A DNA stretch of 63,988 nucleotides, the filler included, from Octopus bimaculoides (taxonomy: Eukaryota): assembly GCF_001194135.2 (NCBI RefSeq). It is 6 parts of 6 records of this genome, joined end to end, with 100 filler letters (N's around TTAATTAATTAA, not from the genome) between each part and the next. Parts side by side here need not be neighbours in the genome. Positions count along the whole stretch, not along the records: positions 1 to 27,173 come from NC_068990.1; 5 more parts are not named here. One strand, 5' to 3'. The position numbers and the translations under genes were made by a program. This document shows, piece after piece, positions 14,266-25,775 of the stretch. The notes beneath the pieces are model-generated. The model did not search any database, was not told the origin of the DNA, and saw nothing but the letters and a program-made list of their open reading frames with translations. How positions within the stretch are numbered: the first letter of the stretch is position 1; every line of letters starts with the position of its first letter.

Positions 14266-15060
14266 CCGTACTATCTGCCTGCTTAAAAAATTGAACTCAT
14301 GATGCATAACAATATTATGTCACAACTACTTTACCTCAACTGGTCCAGCTCTCTTTAATACCATACNNNNNNNNNNNNNNNNNNNNNNNNNNNNNNNNNN
14401 NNNNNNNNNNNNNNNNNNNNNNNNNNNNNNNNNNNNNNNNNNNNNNNNNNNNNNNNNNNNNNNNNNNNNNNNNNNNNNNNNNNNNNNNNNNNNNNNNNNN
14501 NNNNNNNNNNNNNNNNNNNNNNNNNNNNNNNNNNNNNNNNNNNNNNNNNNNNNNNNNNNNNNNNNNNNNNNNNNNNNNNNNNNNNNNNNNNNNNNNNNNN
14601 NNNNNNNNNNNNNNNNNNNNNNNNNNNNNNNNNNNNNNNNNNNNNNNNNNNNNNNNNNNNNNNNNNNNNNNNNNNNNNNNNNNNNNNNNNNNNNNNNNNN
14701 NNNNNNNNNNNNNNNNNNNNNNNNNNNNNNNNNNNNNNNNNNNNNNNNNNNNNNNNNNNNNNNNNNNNNNNNNNNNNNNNNNNNNNNNNNNNNNNNNNNN
14801 NNNNNNNNNNNNNNNNNNNNNNNNNNNNNNNNNNNNNNNNNNNNNNNNNNNNNNNNNNNNNNNNNNNNNNNNNNNNNNNNNNNNNNNNNNNNNNNNNNNN
14901 NNNNNNNNNNNNNNNNNNNNNNNNNNNNNNNNNNNNNNNNNNNNNNNNNNNNNNNNNNNNNNNNNNNNNNNNNNNNNNNNNNNNNNNNNNNNNNNNNNNN
15001 NNNNNNNNNNNNNNNNNNNNNNNNNNNNNNNNNNNNNNNNNNNNNNNNNNNNNNNNNNNN

Positions 15061-15290
15061 TGCCAGAGGGTTTGCAAATCCAATGGGGGTCTTAAAAGAC
15101 ATGTTAGGATCCACAATGAGCAGAACTTACTTGCAGGTATTGGTAGTGCAAATCAGAGGTGCAATCTGTGTGGGTGTTTTTTCAAAACACTGTCTGGTTT
15201 AAAAAGCCACATCAGACGCCATGAAAGGGCTAAGGTGTAGGTGCAGGAGGTGGTCAAACTCTGTTTCAGGAGTAGACAACCACCATATAT
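15061..15290 (+). mobile_element. LINE (RTE-like) 3' end with tandem C2H2 zinc fingers
   Basis: Frame from 15061: CQRVCKSNGGLKRHVRIHNEQNLLAGIGSANQRCNLCGCFFKTLSGLKSHIRRHERAKV* (stop 15238-15240), short 3' UTR, then (AT)n. Confidence 0.8.
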
Positions 15291-15454
15291 ATGTATATAT
15301 ATATGTATGTGTATATATATAATTATATGTGTGTGTATGTGTGTATGTATGTATGTATGTATGTATATACATACATAGTAAGAAAAAGGAATGAGGAGAA
15401 TTTTGATTATCCCCACATAGTGAGTTGTAAGAAGGGAAATATGTATACATATGA

Positions 15455-15615
15455 TAGGCTTCTTTCAGTTTTCAACTACAAAATTCTCTCACAAGGCTTT
15501 GATTGGTCTGAGGCAATAGTACAAGACACTTGCCCAAGATGCCATGCAGTGGAACTGAACCTGAAACCATGTGGTTGGGAAGCAAGCTTATTACCACACA
15601 ACCACACCTGCACCT
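15455..15615 (-). mobile_element. SINE family 1, head
   Basis: ggcttctttcagttttcaact...gcagtggaactgaacctgaaaccatgtggttggg...ccacacctgcacct. Confidence 0.85.
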
Positions 15616-15717
15616 ATGTATGTATGTATGTATGTATTTCTATATATTAATATCTATCAATGTATTGGTCTTTATATATGTATATACACACGCATAAATA
15701 TACATGAATACACAAGT

Positions 15718-15780
<63 letters not shown>

Positions 15781-15849
15781 AATATATATCTATATATATG
15801 TATGTGTCTATATTCGTGTTACTTTCTCCTTGACTTTCCATCTTGTGAT

Positions 15850-16020
15850 TGCTGTAAATGAGTAAACAATGTTCACTATATCCAGTCTTCCATGAAAACT
15901 TGTCTGGCTATGAGAAAGCATTACCTTACTTGGAATAATATGAAAGCTGGTGACAGGGAGAGCCTCCAGCCATAGAAAAACTGTCCCAATGGATTCCACC
16001 TGATCCATGCAAACAAGGTA
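15850..16020 (-). mobile_element. (GAT)n-tailed element, strongly decayed
   Basis: tcttccatgaaaact...gggagagcctccagccatagaaaaactgtcccaatgg, partial similarity. Confidence 0.4.
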
Positions 16021-16884
16021 AATTGAATTTTGAAATGATGATGTTCATAATCATAATGATTTATATATATATATATATATGTATATATATCATTATGATC
16101 ATGAACCATATATGTGTATACATATATGTTACACACACATGCACACACACACACACNNNNNNNNNNNNNNNNNNNNNNNNNNNNNNNNNNNNNNNNNNNN
16201 NNNNNNNNNNNNNNNNNNNNNNNNNNNNNNNNNNNNNNNNNNNNNNNNNNNNNNNNNNNNNNNNNNNNNNNNNNNNNNNNNNNNNNNNNNNNNNNNNNNN
16301 NNNNNNNNNNNNNNNNNNNNNNNNNNNNNNNNNNNNNNNNNNNNNNNNNNNNNNNNNNNNNNNNNNNNNNNNNNNNNNNNNNNNNNNNNNNNNNNNNNNN
16401 NNNNNNNNNNNNNNNNNNNNNNNNNNNNNNNNNNNNNNNNNNNNNNNNNNNNNNNNNNNNNNNNNNNNNNNNNNNNNNNNNNNNNNNNNNNNNNNNNNNN
16501 NNNNNNNNNNNNNNNNNNNNNNNNNNNNNNNNNNNNNNNNNNNNNNNNNNNNNNNNNNNNNNNNNNNNNNNTATATATATATATATTGATTAACATCATT
16601 TTTACTTCTGCGATTACTAGACAGAAGTGCCAATCTAGCAATTTGATGACCCATCAAATGATTCAGTTTACTCTCATTTCAAATCCTTTTCATTGGATAT
16701 GATCATTTTTGTTGCACAACTGTGATCTCATAGCTGACAGAGTTTCACCATAGAAGTCTTAGTCACATGACGAAAATTTTGACACCCCACAGAAAATATT
16801 TGAAATGAATGTAAATTTCATGTGTTTGTATTTCAGTAAATATCTAGAATAGATTTTTCTTTTATCTTTAATCTTTTACTTGTT

Positions 16885-17085
16885 TTGGTCATTAGACTGC
16901 AGCCATGCTGGGGCAGTGCTAGAAAAATTCTGAATTGGCTCCAGTATGTTTTTTTGTTTGTTTTGTGCCTGGTTCTTATTTTATCAGTCTCTTTTGCTGA
17001 ACTACTAATTTATGGGGATGTAAACACACCAACACCACTTGTCAAGTCGTGGTGGGAGCAAACACAGAGAGACACGCATGCACAT
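16885..17085 (-). mobile_element. SINE family 1, 3' half
   Basis: gtcattagactgcagccatgctgg...ggatgtaaacacaccaacacc..ttgtcaag. Confidence 0.8.
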
Positions 17086-17379
17086 ACACACTCACTCACA
17101 CACAGACATATATATATATATATATATAAGCACCCACACCATCATCCGCACACCCACACATTACAGACACACACACCTACACATGCACACATCCACATGT
17201 CAAGGTCACCAGCCCCTATCCACACACACACACACACACTTACATGCTCTCTCATACACACGCATGCACACCTTTGTTTTGGGATCACCACTACTTTATT
17301 ATCTCCCCTTCTTCCTAGCTCTCCTGTCTGACCACCTCCATCCAGCCAGCCGTCATGAGTGACTGCTAGCCATTAAAGT

Positions 17380-17540
17380 ATTTTTTATTCTCTCTCTGTT
17401 TATTTTCTCATGTTCCTTTCTGTTGAAGAGTGTAAGCTCGAAACGTAAAAGACTTTCTCACCTTCCTGAGTGTTAAACTAGTACACCTGTTTGTTGTTTA
17501 TACACCTGTCTTCGTGTTTTGTTATTTGTAAATTTCAACT
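17380..17540 (+). mobile_element. Penelope-like terminal repeat with degenerate hammerhead-like motif
   Basis: cctttctgttgaagagtgtaagctcgaaacgtaaaagac; reverse-complement copy at 4470-4640. Confidence 0.6.
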
Positions 17541-17559
17541 ATATATATATATATATATA

Positions 17560-17710
17560 TATGACAGGCTTCTTTCAGTTTCTGTTTAACACCAAATCCA
17601 CTCACAAGGCTTTGGTCTATTGAGGTTATAATAGAAGATGTGTCACACAGTAGGACTGAACTCAGCCATGATGTTGGGAAGCAAGTATCTTACTACACAA
17701 CCATGCTGAT
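17560..17710 (-). mobile_element. SINE family 1, head
   Basis: ggcttctttcagtttctg...ccaaatccactcacaaggctttggtc. Confidence 0.8.
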
Positions 17711-17768
17711 GCCTTTTTCTATGAAATCACTTTAGTTTCAGTACATGATCTCATCTCATGCCACTCAC

Positions 17769-17927
17769 TAGACAAGTAGAACTCCAAATTTTTCATCAAT
17801 TTCTTCAATTTCTGGCATTGGTAGGATGAAATTTCTTAATGCATTCAACAAATCAATGACCTTACTGACACCAATTCCATTGGATTTTGCACAATGAACT
17901 ACTGTGCTGGTGAACATATTGTTATTG
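17769..17927 (-). CDS. Candidate exon, 159 nt, unknown product
   Basis: Unique sequence; one open phase (2 to 2): NNNMFTSTVVHCAKSNGIGVSKVIDLLNALRNFILPMPEIEEIDEKFGVLLV; TA|GTGAGT donor; acceptor uncertain. Confidence 0.3.
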
Positions 17928-18364
17928 CTTACACAGAACATAAACAAACAGTGTCACCACTGCCTAAGCATTTTAAGTTCCAAAAACCACATGGGTTGGA
18001 AAAATACACAGTCACAGACATATAAGCATACACACACATGCATGCACACACATATATCAAACAACTTTCTAAGCAGTTTTAGTCTACTAAATTTCAGGTC
18101 AAGAAGAAGCTGTAGCAAAAGCGACTTGACCAAAATCCGGTGGAATGGGATTGATCATGAAATCACATGGCTGGAAAGTGAGAGTCTTGAACACACAACT
18201 GAGCCTTACTCAAAAGCAATGCTTGAGCAAGTGTGTGTGCATGTGTATGTGTATGTGTGCATATATGTTTGCATATGTGTGTGTTTTTGTTTGTCAGCTG
18301 GTAATGAGTAGAACAAAGATAAAACAGACCAAGCAAAACCACAACATTGCAAAACATCTTGTAA

Positions 18365-18485
18365 TCCTACATAGGTGTATGTGTGGGTATGTGCTAAGAA
18401 GCTTGCTTCCTAACTACATGATTTTGGGTTCAGTCCCACTGTGTGGCACCTTAGACAAGTGTCTTCTACCATAGCCTCAGATTGA
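18365..18485 (+). mobile_element. SINE family 1, head, CpG-decayed
   Basis: aagaagcttgcttcctaactacatg...gggttcagtcccactgtgtggcaccttagacaagtgtcttctaccatagcctc. Confidence 0.85.
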
Positions 18486-18498
18486 AAAGGAGCCCGTC

Positions 18499-18532
<34 letters not shown>

Positions 18533-18536
18533 GACT

Positions 18537-19040
18537 ACTGACCGAGACCTTCGGAAATGTGCTGTGCGTGAGAAGACCCGGCAAGCCAAGTAAGATCATT
18601 GCCAGTGCCCCTGGACTGGCTCTTGTGCGGGTGGCACATGAGATGCACCATTTTGAGCGTGGCCGTTGCCAGTACCGCCTGACTGGCTCCCGTAGGATTT
18701 TCGAGTNNNNNNNNNNNNNNNNNNNNNNNNNNNNNNNNNNNNNNNNNNNNNNNNNNNNNNNNNNNNNNNNNNNNNNNNNNNNNNNNNNNNNNNNNNNNNN
18801 NNNNNNNGGCACATAAAAGACACCATTTCGAGCGTGGCCGTTTTCGTGCGGGTGACACGTAAAAGCACCCACTACACTCTTTGAGTGGTTGGCGTTAGGA
18901 AGGGCATCCAGCTGTAGAAACTCTGCCAAATTAGATTGGAGCCTGGTGTTGCCATCCGGTTTCACCAGTCCTCAGTCAAATCGTCCAACCCATGCTAGCA
19001 TGGAAAGCGGACGTTAAACGATAATGATGATGATGATGAT
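18537..19040 (+). mobile_element. (GAT)n-tailed SINE/non-autonomous retroelement with internal tandem units
   Basis: Internal ttgccagt..gactggct units, core ggcgttaggaagggcatccagctgtagaaac, tail catggaaagcggacgttaaacgataatgatgatg; interrupted by a gap. Confidence 0.85.
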
Positions 19041-19065
19041 GATATATATATATATTATATATATC

Positions 19066-19425
19066 TTTTTATTTTTACTTGCTTCAGTCATTTGATTGCA
19101 GCCATGCTGGAGCACCGCCCGTAGTTGAGCAAATCGACCCCAGGACTTATTCTTTGTAAGCCTAGTACTTATTCTATCGGTCTTTTATTGCTGAACCACT
19201 AAGTTATGGGGACATGGACACACCAGCATCGATTGTCAAGCAATGTTGGGTGGACAAACACAGACACACAAACACACACACACATATATATATACATATA
19301 TGTACGACACACATATATATATACATATACATATATATGATGGGCTTCTTTCAGTTACCATCTACAAAATCCACTCACAAAAAACTTGCCTAAGGTGTTA
19401 TCGAGTGGGACTGAACCCAGAAGGG
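19066..19425 (-). mobile_element. SINE family 1, near full length
   Basis: ttcagtcatttgattgcagccatgctggagcaccgcc...tcgaccccaggacttattc...gggcttctttcagtt...ggactgaaccc. Confidence 0.9.
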
Positions 19426-19520
19426 TGAAACATTGAATATTACTTTCATTAATATCAATTTAAAACCAGTGGCCTAGCAAATTGAAAAACCTGAGGATTC
19501 AGAAAAATTATATTACATAC

Positions 19521-19746
19521 ATATAAGAGGGATGACCACTAAGTGGACATCCATTATGCTAGAAAATTCAGCAAAACACCAGAACTTCCTTCATGATTGA
19601 AGTTGACTGGGTAACGGTAAAGGGTAAAGACATCCTTCCAGTGTTTTGCTGAATTTTCTTGAGAATAATCTTTTCTTAGTGGTCAGAACACAGGTGGTCT
19701 TCTTCTAGCAAAATGAATGTACACTTAGTGGTCAACCCTCTTATAT
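19521..19746. mobile_element. MITE
   Basis: 44-nt TIRs atataagagggatgaccactaagtggacatccattatgctagaa / ttctagcaaaatgaatgtacacttagtggtcaaccctcttatat; inner IR aaaattcagcaaaacac / gtgttttgctgaatttt. Confidence 0.85.
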
Positions 19747-19779
19747 TTATGTATGTATGTATGTATTTATGTGTGTGTG

Positions 19780-19995
19780 TCTTTGTATCTGTATTTGTCT
19801 CTCCATCACAGCTTCACAACTGATGTTGGTGTGTTTACATTCCTGTAACTCAGTGGTTTGGCAAAACAGACCAATAGAATAAATACTATGCTTATAAAGA
19901 ATAAGTCCTGTGGTCAATTTCTTTGACTAAAAAGCCTTTAAGGTGGTGCTCCAGCATAGCCACAGTCAAATAATTGAAACAAGTAAAAGAGTAAA
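19780..19995 (+). mobile_element. SINE family 1, 3' half, CpG-decayed
   Basis: gaccaatagaataaatact...gaataagtcctgtggtcaattt...ggtggtgctccagcatagccacagtcaaataattgaaacaagtaaaagag. Confidence 0.85.
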
Positions 19996-20629
19996 ATATT
20001 CATGTGGGTTCACACACACACACACGCACACACACACACGCGGACACACACACACACACACTCACACACACATGCATACTTGTATATATCTACAAGACTG
20101 TACTAATTAATACTGATGTCATGCTGGTGATGGAGAATAAAGTTCAGAGTCTGCTGACATCAAACCAGTCCTTAGTGATGAGGCAACAGAAATTGCTGAA
20201 ACTAACTAGTCAGTAATAGGGAATTCTTGGTCAGTGTTTTTTGGGTGATTGTAGTCTCTGTTGGTGTATATGTATATAATAATGTGCTGTGACTACAGCA
20301 TCAGAGCATTTTAACTCTTTTTCTAGCAATGATGGTGTTTATAATACCCTAGTCACATTTAGAGACAATTATAGTTTTCCTTTTGGTGAAACATTGCAGA
20401 CTGCTTTCTATACTAATTTCATTTATAAATGGTGATAGATAATGTACATATTGTATACAATGCTCAGGTGCACTGCAACTCATAAGGAAAAGTTTGCCAA
20501 AGTTGCATGAACAGTACATAAAATATTCACAGGAAGTGAACAGTGAATAATTCTTCAAAAAAAAAGAAATTAAGAAACAGGGGTGGGAGCATCTGGTACA
20601 TTGTTGGCGAATTTCAGGAAGCATGTAAG

Positions 20630-21122
20630 TAAAATCGAAATCGTAATTGAACCATATTCGATGACCGGCACCTGTGCCAGTGGAGCACTAACAGCACCGT
20701 CCGAGCGTGATCATTGCCAGAGCAGCTCTCTGGCTTCTGTGCTAGTGGCACATAAATAGCACCATTTGAGCATGATCGTTACCAGCGTCGCCTTACTGGC
20801 ACTTGTGCTGGTGGCACGTTAGAAAATCATTTGAGCGAGGTCATTGCCAGTGCCGCTGGACTGGCTCCCGTGCAGGTGGCACGTAAAAAACACCATTTTA
20901 AATGTGGCCGTTGCCAGTACTGCGTGACTGGCCCTCATGCTGGTGGCATGTTAAAGCACCCACTATACTCTTGGAGTAGTTGGCGTTAGGAAGGGTATCC
21001 ACTCTACCAGATCAGATTAGAGAGAGGTGCAACCATCCGGTTCACCAGTCCTCAGAAAAAAATCGTCCAACCCATGCTAGCATGGAAAGCGGGCGTTAAA
21101 CGATGATGATGATGATGATGAT
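20630..21122 (+). mobile_element. (GAT)n-tailed element with about five internal ~60-nt tandem units
   Basis: Repeated gagcgtga/gg..ttgccag...ggtggcac(g/a)t..aa..caccatt units, then the same core and (GAT)n tail as 18537-19040. Confidence 0.85.
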
Positions 21123-21124
21123 GT

Positions 21125-21250
21125 AAGTGTTGAAGGATGTAGTGTCTCTCAAGCTAACAACTGATGCAGGTAGTTTGTTCCATGCTTCTGCATTCTGAGC
21201 ATGAAAAACTGTTTCTGAAAGTCTTGGGTGCTGTGTTGCCTTTTCGTTTT
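21125..21250 (-). mobile_element. CR1-like LINE 3' fragment
   Basis: Reverse complement matches gcatggaacaaact..catca.ttgtta region at 22985-23040. Confidence 0.7.
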
Positions 21251-21593
21251 ATACATTACTACTAAGCTAACGTTAATAAAACAACGAAGTAGTAACATTT
21301 ATGGAATGGCTCTGTTCTGTTGTGTGCATATGATTGATATTGAAATTTGAAAAGCTTCACTATTCCCATAATGGATATACTATAAATATAGAACTCTCTA
21401 CCACATCTCTTTCTGCATATGTGTGTGTATGTGCATGCATGTGTGTGTGTGTACATGCGTGTGTTTATATATACATATGTATGTATTTGTAGATTTATAT
21501 ATGCATTAATAATTACACTCAGACACATTCACACATAAATGTGTATAACAGAATGGTGTGTGTATGCTTGAGAGTGTGTGTAAATATATATAT

Positions 21594-21762
21594 CATCATC
21601 ATCATCATCATCATCATCGTTTAACGTCCGCTTTCCATGCTAGCATGGGTTGGACGATTTGACTGAGGACTGGTGCAACCGGATGGCTACACCAGGCTCC
21701 AATCTAATTTGGCAGAGTTTCTACAGCTGGATGCCCTTCCTAACGCCAACCACTCAGAGAGT
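21594..21762 (-). mobile_element. (GAT)n-tailed element 3' end, young (CpGs intact)
   Basis: catcatcatcgtttaacgtccgctttccatgctagcatgggttggacg...ggatgcccttcctaacgccaaccactc. Confidence 0.9.
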
Positions 21763-22344
21763 GTATATATATATATATATATATATATATNNNNNNNNNN
21801 NNNNNNNNNNNNNNNNNNNNNNNNNNNNNNNNNNNNNNNNNNNNNNNNNNNNNNNNNNNNNNNNNNNNNNNNNNNNNNNNNNNNNNNNNNNNNNNNNNNN
21901 NNNNNNNNNNNNNNNNNNNNNNNNNNNNNNNNNNNNNNNNNNNNNNNNNNNNNNNNNNNNNNNNNNNNNNNNNNNNNNNNNNNNNNNNNNNNNNNNNNNN
22001 NNNNNNNNNNNNNNNNNNNNNNNNNNNNNNNNNNNNNNNNNNNNNNNNNNNNNNNNNNNNNNNNNNNNNNNNNNNNNNNNNNNNNNNNNNNNNNNNNNNN
22101 NNNNNNNNNNNNNNNNNNNNNNNNNNNNNNNNNNNNNNNNNNNNNNNNNNNNNNNNNNNNNNNNNNNNNNNNNNNNNNNNNNNNNNNNNNNNNNNNNNNN
22201 NNNNNNNNNNNNNNNNNNNNNNNNNNNNNNNNNNNNNNNNNNNNNNNNNNNNNNNNNNNNNNNNNNNNNNNNNNNNNNNNNNNNNNNNNNNNNNNNNNNN
22301 NNNNNNNNNNNNNNNNNNNNNNNNNNNNNNNNNNNNNNNNNNNN

Positions 22345-23070
22345 ATATATGGACACAATGCAACAAAACAATGGATCACAGACTGGCAACTCAAGCTGAC
22401 TGTAGACAAGTGTACCACCATGCATTTTGGGAGGAAAAACCCAGCGTCCACATACTCTCTCCACAATACTAATATGAAGAAGTCTTTGCATGAACATGAT
22501 CTGGGTATTACTGTCAGCAGTAATTTGTACTGGACAAAGCAAATCTATAATTTTTTTAAAAAGGGTGATGGTGTCTCAGTAAAACCTTTGTCAGCCACTC
22601 TCCAGCTAACTATTTAAAGCTGTATATGGCTATGGTGCAGCTGCACTTGAAATCTGCACCATAGATTCTGCATTACCAGTCTGGAGCCCCTATCTTGCTC
22701 AGGACATTGACCTCCAGGAAACTGTTCAGAGATGTACAACCAAGTGAATACCCTCCATCAGGCATCTACCATAGTATGAATGCCTTGACCATAGATACAT
22801 TGGAGCTCTGATGTCTGGCAACTGACTTAGTAGACACCCACAAAATTACTAACCACCGTGCCAACAACCACTTTGAACATCATTTAAAGTTCCATGTGTC
22901 TAACACACATGGGCATACCTACAAAGTCAGAAAACAACACAGCTCCCATGACTTTCAGAAACATTTTTTTACACTCAGAGTTGCTGAAGCATGGAACAAA
23001 CTGCATCACTTGTTAACTGTTGAGACATCGCATCCTTTAAAACCTCCATGCTTCCTGAAATTCACTAACA
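22345..23070 (+). mobile_element. CR1-clade LINE, RT C-terminal half and 3' region, disrupted
   Basis: WITDWQLKLTVDKCTTMHFGRKNP..TYSLHN....HEHDLGITVSSNLYW then HFFTLRVAEAWNKL; stops and frameshifts. Confidence 0.88.
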
Positions 23071-25249
23071 CTACACCTGATATCACCGCTCCATGCACAT
23101 GCACTCATGTATATCATGACTCCTCTTCTACAGAGTAATGCATGTAAAAGTAGTCTGGTTTCTGTAGTATAATGTAAATATAGAAATAAATTTGCACACC
23201 AGAAAAAGCACCCTGCCTTTCATTTGCAAGTGCCATTGTGTTAGTTCAATTGTTCATAACTGCTGAACAAAGATGGTGCATTAGTCGACTATTTGTTATG
23301 TTATCTACACTGCATCCTTACCACATTAGTTGATTGTAAGATTTCATTGAGTGAACATCTCTAGCCTTTTCTGCAAGATGTTGTACTCAATAGTGGAAAG
23401 ACTAGAAATTGTGAATGCGTATGTGAGAATGGTCTCTGTTAAAGCAAAAACATGAAACTTTTCAAGTCAAGTTTCTGAGTGATAGCTTACAGGCAAAGAG
23501 AACCATACAAAGATTGGTTTCAAAATGGCATGCTATAGGTTCATTGCACAATGCCCCAAAACAAGAGAACCTACATATCAAATGCTGGAAGTTATTCAGG
23601 ACAAAAAGTCAAAAGAAGTCAACATGTAAATTGTTGCAGCAGGTTTACATAAGCATGTCAGGCCAATGAGTGTTAAAAAATTTTAAGTTGAAGCTATATT
23701 ATTTCACATGTGTACAGCAATTAAAAATGGATGAAAAGAAGAAACAAGCAAATTTATTTCTGTATTTACACAATGCTATGGAACACAGGTTACTTTTTCA
23801 TGTGCCACTCTGTATGATGCTGACATACATTTTACAACTACTTTACTATATCAAGTCAAGAAGACACACACATGTATATGCATTAACACACACATACATA
23901 TACTCATACCCATATACTCACACACACACACATATATGTGCTCACAAGGCATTTATTGAATCACAGTTATAGTAGATGGCACTTTCTTAAAGTGATATGC
24001 AGTAGGACTGAACCTGAAACCTCAAGGTTGAAAAAGAAATTTCTTAACTACACATATATANNNNNNNNNNNNNNNNNNNNNNNNNNNNNNNNNNNNNNNN
24101 NNNNNNNNNNNNNNNNNNNNNNNNNNNNNNNNNNNNNNNNNNNNNNNNNNNNNNNNNNNNNNNNNNNNNNNNNNNNNNNNNNNNNNNNNNNNNNNNNNNN
24201 NNNNNNNNNNNNNNNNNNNNNNNNNNNNNNNNNNNNNNNNNNNNNNNNNNNNNNNNNNNNNNNNNNNNNNNNNNNNTATATATATATTCACACATGCATA
24301 CAGTCCTGCATATTGATGCCTATTTTGTTACCCAGCTTAAAATAGACAAATATATCAATGAAGTGTGTTGGTTTTACCTTACTGTCTCTAACCTTTAACT
24401 TTTTTTCAAGTAAAGGAACTCTTATCTTATACCTTTATTCTAAACATTTTCAAAGACACAAATGCAAGTTTTGCACTTCTTCCTGCTAGGTGTCTAAGAC
24501 AAATCCTCAAAACACTGCCACCTCTAGATCATTGCTGGAATGTTGCGTATCTTTGCGACAATGTTTGCATGCACCCCACCCTAACACTTACACACACATT
24601 CCATTCCCAAACAACCATATATATATATAGACAGATAGATAGATAGATAGATGAACTGATATAAAGAAGACAAATTTATATAACTTCACAAATACATAAT
24701 ACATCAAATAAACATCTGCAGAAATTCATAATAAAGACAGGAATGGTTTTAAATTATAATTTGATTATCCATCTATCCTGTCCATCGTGGCTGCCTGGTA
24801 CTAGATGTAGTCATGGTTGTGTGTTGAAACAATGTTCATTAATAATAATTTGAGAAACTGATACTTTTGGAAGCTAAAGCATGAGACACCTTGTGGTTGT
24901 GAAGATCATTTCAAAACTATGTGGTCATGCATTAGGTTCCACTGCATGGGGAAGTAACTTTGACAATAGCCTAGAGCTGACTGTGCATCTGAGTTTAAAT
25001 TGGTAGGTAGAAAGTGTGTGGAGGTCAAATATCTATCTATCTATCTATCTATCTATCTACATACATATATATATGTATATGGGTGTATGTGTCTGTGTGT
25101 GTATATATGTATATATATATCTATATATATATATATATACACACACACTCACACACACACACACATGAGTATATACACATACAAATATATACAAATAGAT
25201 AGATACATACATACATATATACATATATGTCTATATATATATATACACA

Positions 25250-25400
25250 CACAGTGTGTAACTGGTACTTATTTAATCAACCCCAAAAGGATGAAAGGCA
25301 AAGTCGACCTCAGCAGAATTTGAACTCAGAATGTAGCTGCAGGCGATATGCTGCTAAGTATTTCGCCCGGTGTGCTAACGTTTCTGCCAGCTCGCCGCCT
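25250..25400 (-). mobile_element. tRNA-related SINE family 4
   Basis: Reverse complement reads aggcggcgagctggcagaaacgttagcacaccggg...ctgagttcaaattctgctgaggtcgactttgcctttcatcc. Confidence 0.8.
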
Positions 25401-25414
25401 TGCAACTCATTTCT

Positions 25415-25550
25415 AGAGCTGAGTGAACTGAAGCAATGTGAAATAAAGTGTCTTGCTCATGAACACAACACTCAGCCTGGTTCAGGAATTGAACTCACAA
25501 CCTCATGATTGTAAGCTCAATGCTGTAACCACTGAGCCATGTGCCTTCAA
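25415..25550 (-). mobile_element. tRNA-derived SINE family 3, head
   Basis: Reverse complement of the tgaaggtgcgtggcttagtggttag...gagttcaattcc head at 33128. Confidence 0.8.
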
Positions 25551-25594
25551 CTAGTGACTGTGTAGAACCTCTTCCTAAACTTGGTTATTCATAC

Positions 25595-25675
25595 AAATTC
25601 TCCAATGAGTTCAAGAAGTTCCTGTGTGTGAATTTGTTTTGTGTGGATAGAATATTGTACAACACTGAACCAACT
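25595..25675 (-). CDS. Candidate exon, 81 nt, unknown product
   Basis: ctgtag acceptor, TTT|GTATGA donor, phase 0 to 0: SWFSVVQYSIHTKQIHTQELLELIGEF. Confidence 0.2.
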
Positions 25676-25775
25676 CTACAGTGCAATCAGCTATAAAACC
25701 AGTAGCATAACAGAACTTTCTTATTTTAAGAACAAACAATATTTCATTTAAACTTAATATGGATGTATGGAGGTT

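Noticed and set aside
15061-15240. Host C2H2 zinc-finger gene exon
   Set aside because: Three dispersed copies share the same 3' UTR and (AT)n tail, with nonsense decay in one; behaves as a LINE end
20110-20205. C/D box snoRNA (gtgatga...ctga) with tgatgtca/tgacatca IR
   Set aside because: Boxes only about 20 nt apart with no terminal stem; too short
20349-20624. Cys-rich minus ORF resembling a chitin-binding motif
   Set aside because: Cysteine spacing does not match, and TGT/TGC enrichment is expected in CpG-decayed DNA
20655-20960. CRISPR-like array
   Set aside because: Eukaryotic context; units are degenerate tandem repeats without unique spacers and lie inside a retroelement
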